Shown here: piece by piece, positions 63,018 to 64,000 of the stretch | How the letters are laid out: each line of letters opens with the position of its first letter | Position numbering within the stretch: the stretch's first letter is position 1 | Assembly (NCBI GenBank): GCA_963754875.1 | Contig: CAVWHO010000020.1 | Coordinates: 384,001 to 448,000, forward strand | Length of the DNA stretch: 64,000 nt | Reading direction: 5' to 3' | Source: Nitrospirota bacterium | GTDB lineage: Bacteria; Nitrospirota; UBA9217 | Notes under the pieces: generated by a model | The model's input: only the letters and a program-made list of their open reading frames with translations | Told to the model about the DNA's origin: nothing | Databases searched by the model: none | Position numbers and translations under genes: made by a program

Positions 63018-63109
63018 CAATAACTTGATTCCCAAAAGGTGGTTCGGAAAAGGCTGTCAAAGACGTAAAACTAACCGCTTTGAACCTGGTACAGTAACTG
63101 GCACAGTGA
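63018..63109. promoter_or_regulatory. IHF-like site plus tandem integrase arm-type repeats
   Basis: Minus strand AATCAAGTTATTG matches WATCAANNNNTTR; CTGGTACAGTAA-CTGGCACAGTGA tandem 12-mers. Confidence 0.6.
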
Positions 63110-63127
63110 CACAGGCGAAATGCTCAT

Positions 63128-63154
63128 AGGCCCTCGGTCGCCGCCCGAGGGCCT
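63128..63154. terminator. Hairpin downstream of the Crp/Fnr gene
   Basis: AGGCCCTCGG...CCGAGGGCCT. Confidence 0.55.
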
Positions 63155-63237
63155 GTTCTCTGTGATTTTGCAGAACGCAATGAGGTGAGACTTTCAAACG
63201 TTTTCATTGAACCGTTATAATACTGAAAAGCCAATTA

Positions 63238-63930
63238 TCAGGATGCTAGCGCTGAGAGTCTGTCCTGCGATTTGATCAAGATGTATTTATCCTCGAAATC
63301 GATCAGCCCATCGTTCTTCATCTTGTTGAGCGTTGTAGTGACCGTCTCCCGAGTAGACGCGATGAGGTCGGCATAGTCCTTGTGAGTGAGCTTGATCTGC
63401 AGCAGATACCCGTTCTTGTGCGGCACGCCGAAATCTTCAAGCAGATTGATGAACGTCTTGGCCAGCCGCTGTTCGACCGTCCGGTAGAGAAGGTCAAGCA
63501 GCTTGTTCTCGATCTTCCACCGCTTGAGCCCGATCATTTTCGACAGCCTGATGGCAAGGCCCGGCACCATCTGGATGAGGCGTTCGAAATTCTCCTTCGT
63601 CATGATGCACAGGAGCGCGTCTTCCACGACCACCGCTGATTCATCACGTTCCTGCGGATCGATGACCGACATCTCTCCGAACATGCTGCCGCCGGAAAAG
63701 ATATCCAGGATGATCTCGTTCCCTTGAGGAGTCAGCTTCGTGATCTTGACAGCGCCTTTTTTCAGGAGATATACATTCTTGTCCGACGCGCCCTGCAAAT
63801 AGAGGACATCTCCCTTGCTGACTTCTTTCATGCTGGAATACTGGTCGATCATCTTGTATTCTTCCGTGCGCATCTGGCTGAAGATGTCGAGGTTTTTCAA
63901 ATACCACAGTTTTGTGCGTTCAGGTGACAT
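63238..63930 (-). CDS. Crp/Fnr family transcriptional regulator
   Basis: cNMP-binding domain (G.VKI, MFGE) and HTH THKDYADLIASTRETVT. Confidence 0.92.
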   Translation of the reverse strand: MSPERTKLWYLKNLDIFSQMRTEEYKMIDQYSSMKEVSKGDVLYLQGASDKNVYLLKKGAVKITKLTPQGNEIILDIFSGGSMFGEMSVIDPQERDESAVVVEDALLCIMTKENFERLIQMVPGLAIRLSKMIGLKRWKIENKLLDLLYRTVEQRLAKTFINLLEDFGVPHKNGYLLQIKLTHKDYADLIASTRETVTTTLNKMKNDGLIDFEDKYILIKSQDRLSALAS

Positions 63931-64000
63931 AGTTTGTAATCCTTTGAAAAGTGTGTCTATCTTAAGCTGGGCTCATCATACCCGATCGACCGGAAAACGT

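Overview
Accessory, island-like 64 kb region with no core housekeeping genes. Gene content (multiheme cytochrome, DUF362/Fe-S proteins, HisKA_7TM-PAS protein, repeat families) suggests an anaerobic Gram-negative such as Nitrospirota or Desulfobacterota; this is inference. Left to right: (1) a mercury-handling cluster with merA and an organomercurial lyase (MerB) gene that reads through an in-frame TGA followed by a bacterial SECIS-like hairpin, i.e. a probable selenocysteine thioredoxin-like::MerB fusion and the top finding; (2) a RES/Xre toxin-antitoxin pair; (3) a tRNA-Ala-derived att remnant with a structured element; (4) a yhiI-rbbA-yhhJ ABC operon; (5) lpxR plus a putative ceramide cluster (reductase, serine palmitoyltransferase, ceramide synthase-like GNAT, AUR1-like PAP2); (6) a large secreted transglutaminase protein with a variable low-GC tip and adjacent membrane gene, resembling a polymorphic toxin; (7) two IS21 and two IS630 elements with resolvable ends; (8) a flavin/Fe-S redox cluster with an ECF sigma factor; (9) an orphan sRNA candidate; (10) a multiheme cytochrome, lipoproteins, two more TA pairs and integron-cassette relics; (11) a Lol-like ABC operon; (12) a second tRNA-Ala att fragment with IHF and arm-type sites. 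Several single-base frameshifts may be sequencing errors. All family calls are by eye from motifs; no searches were run.
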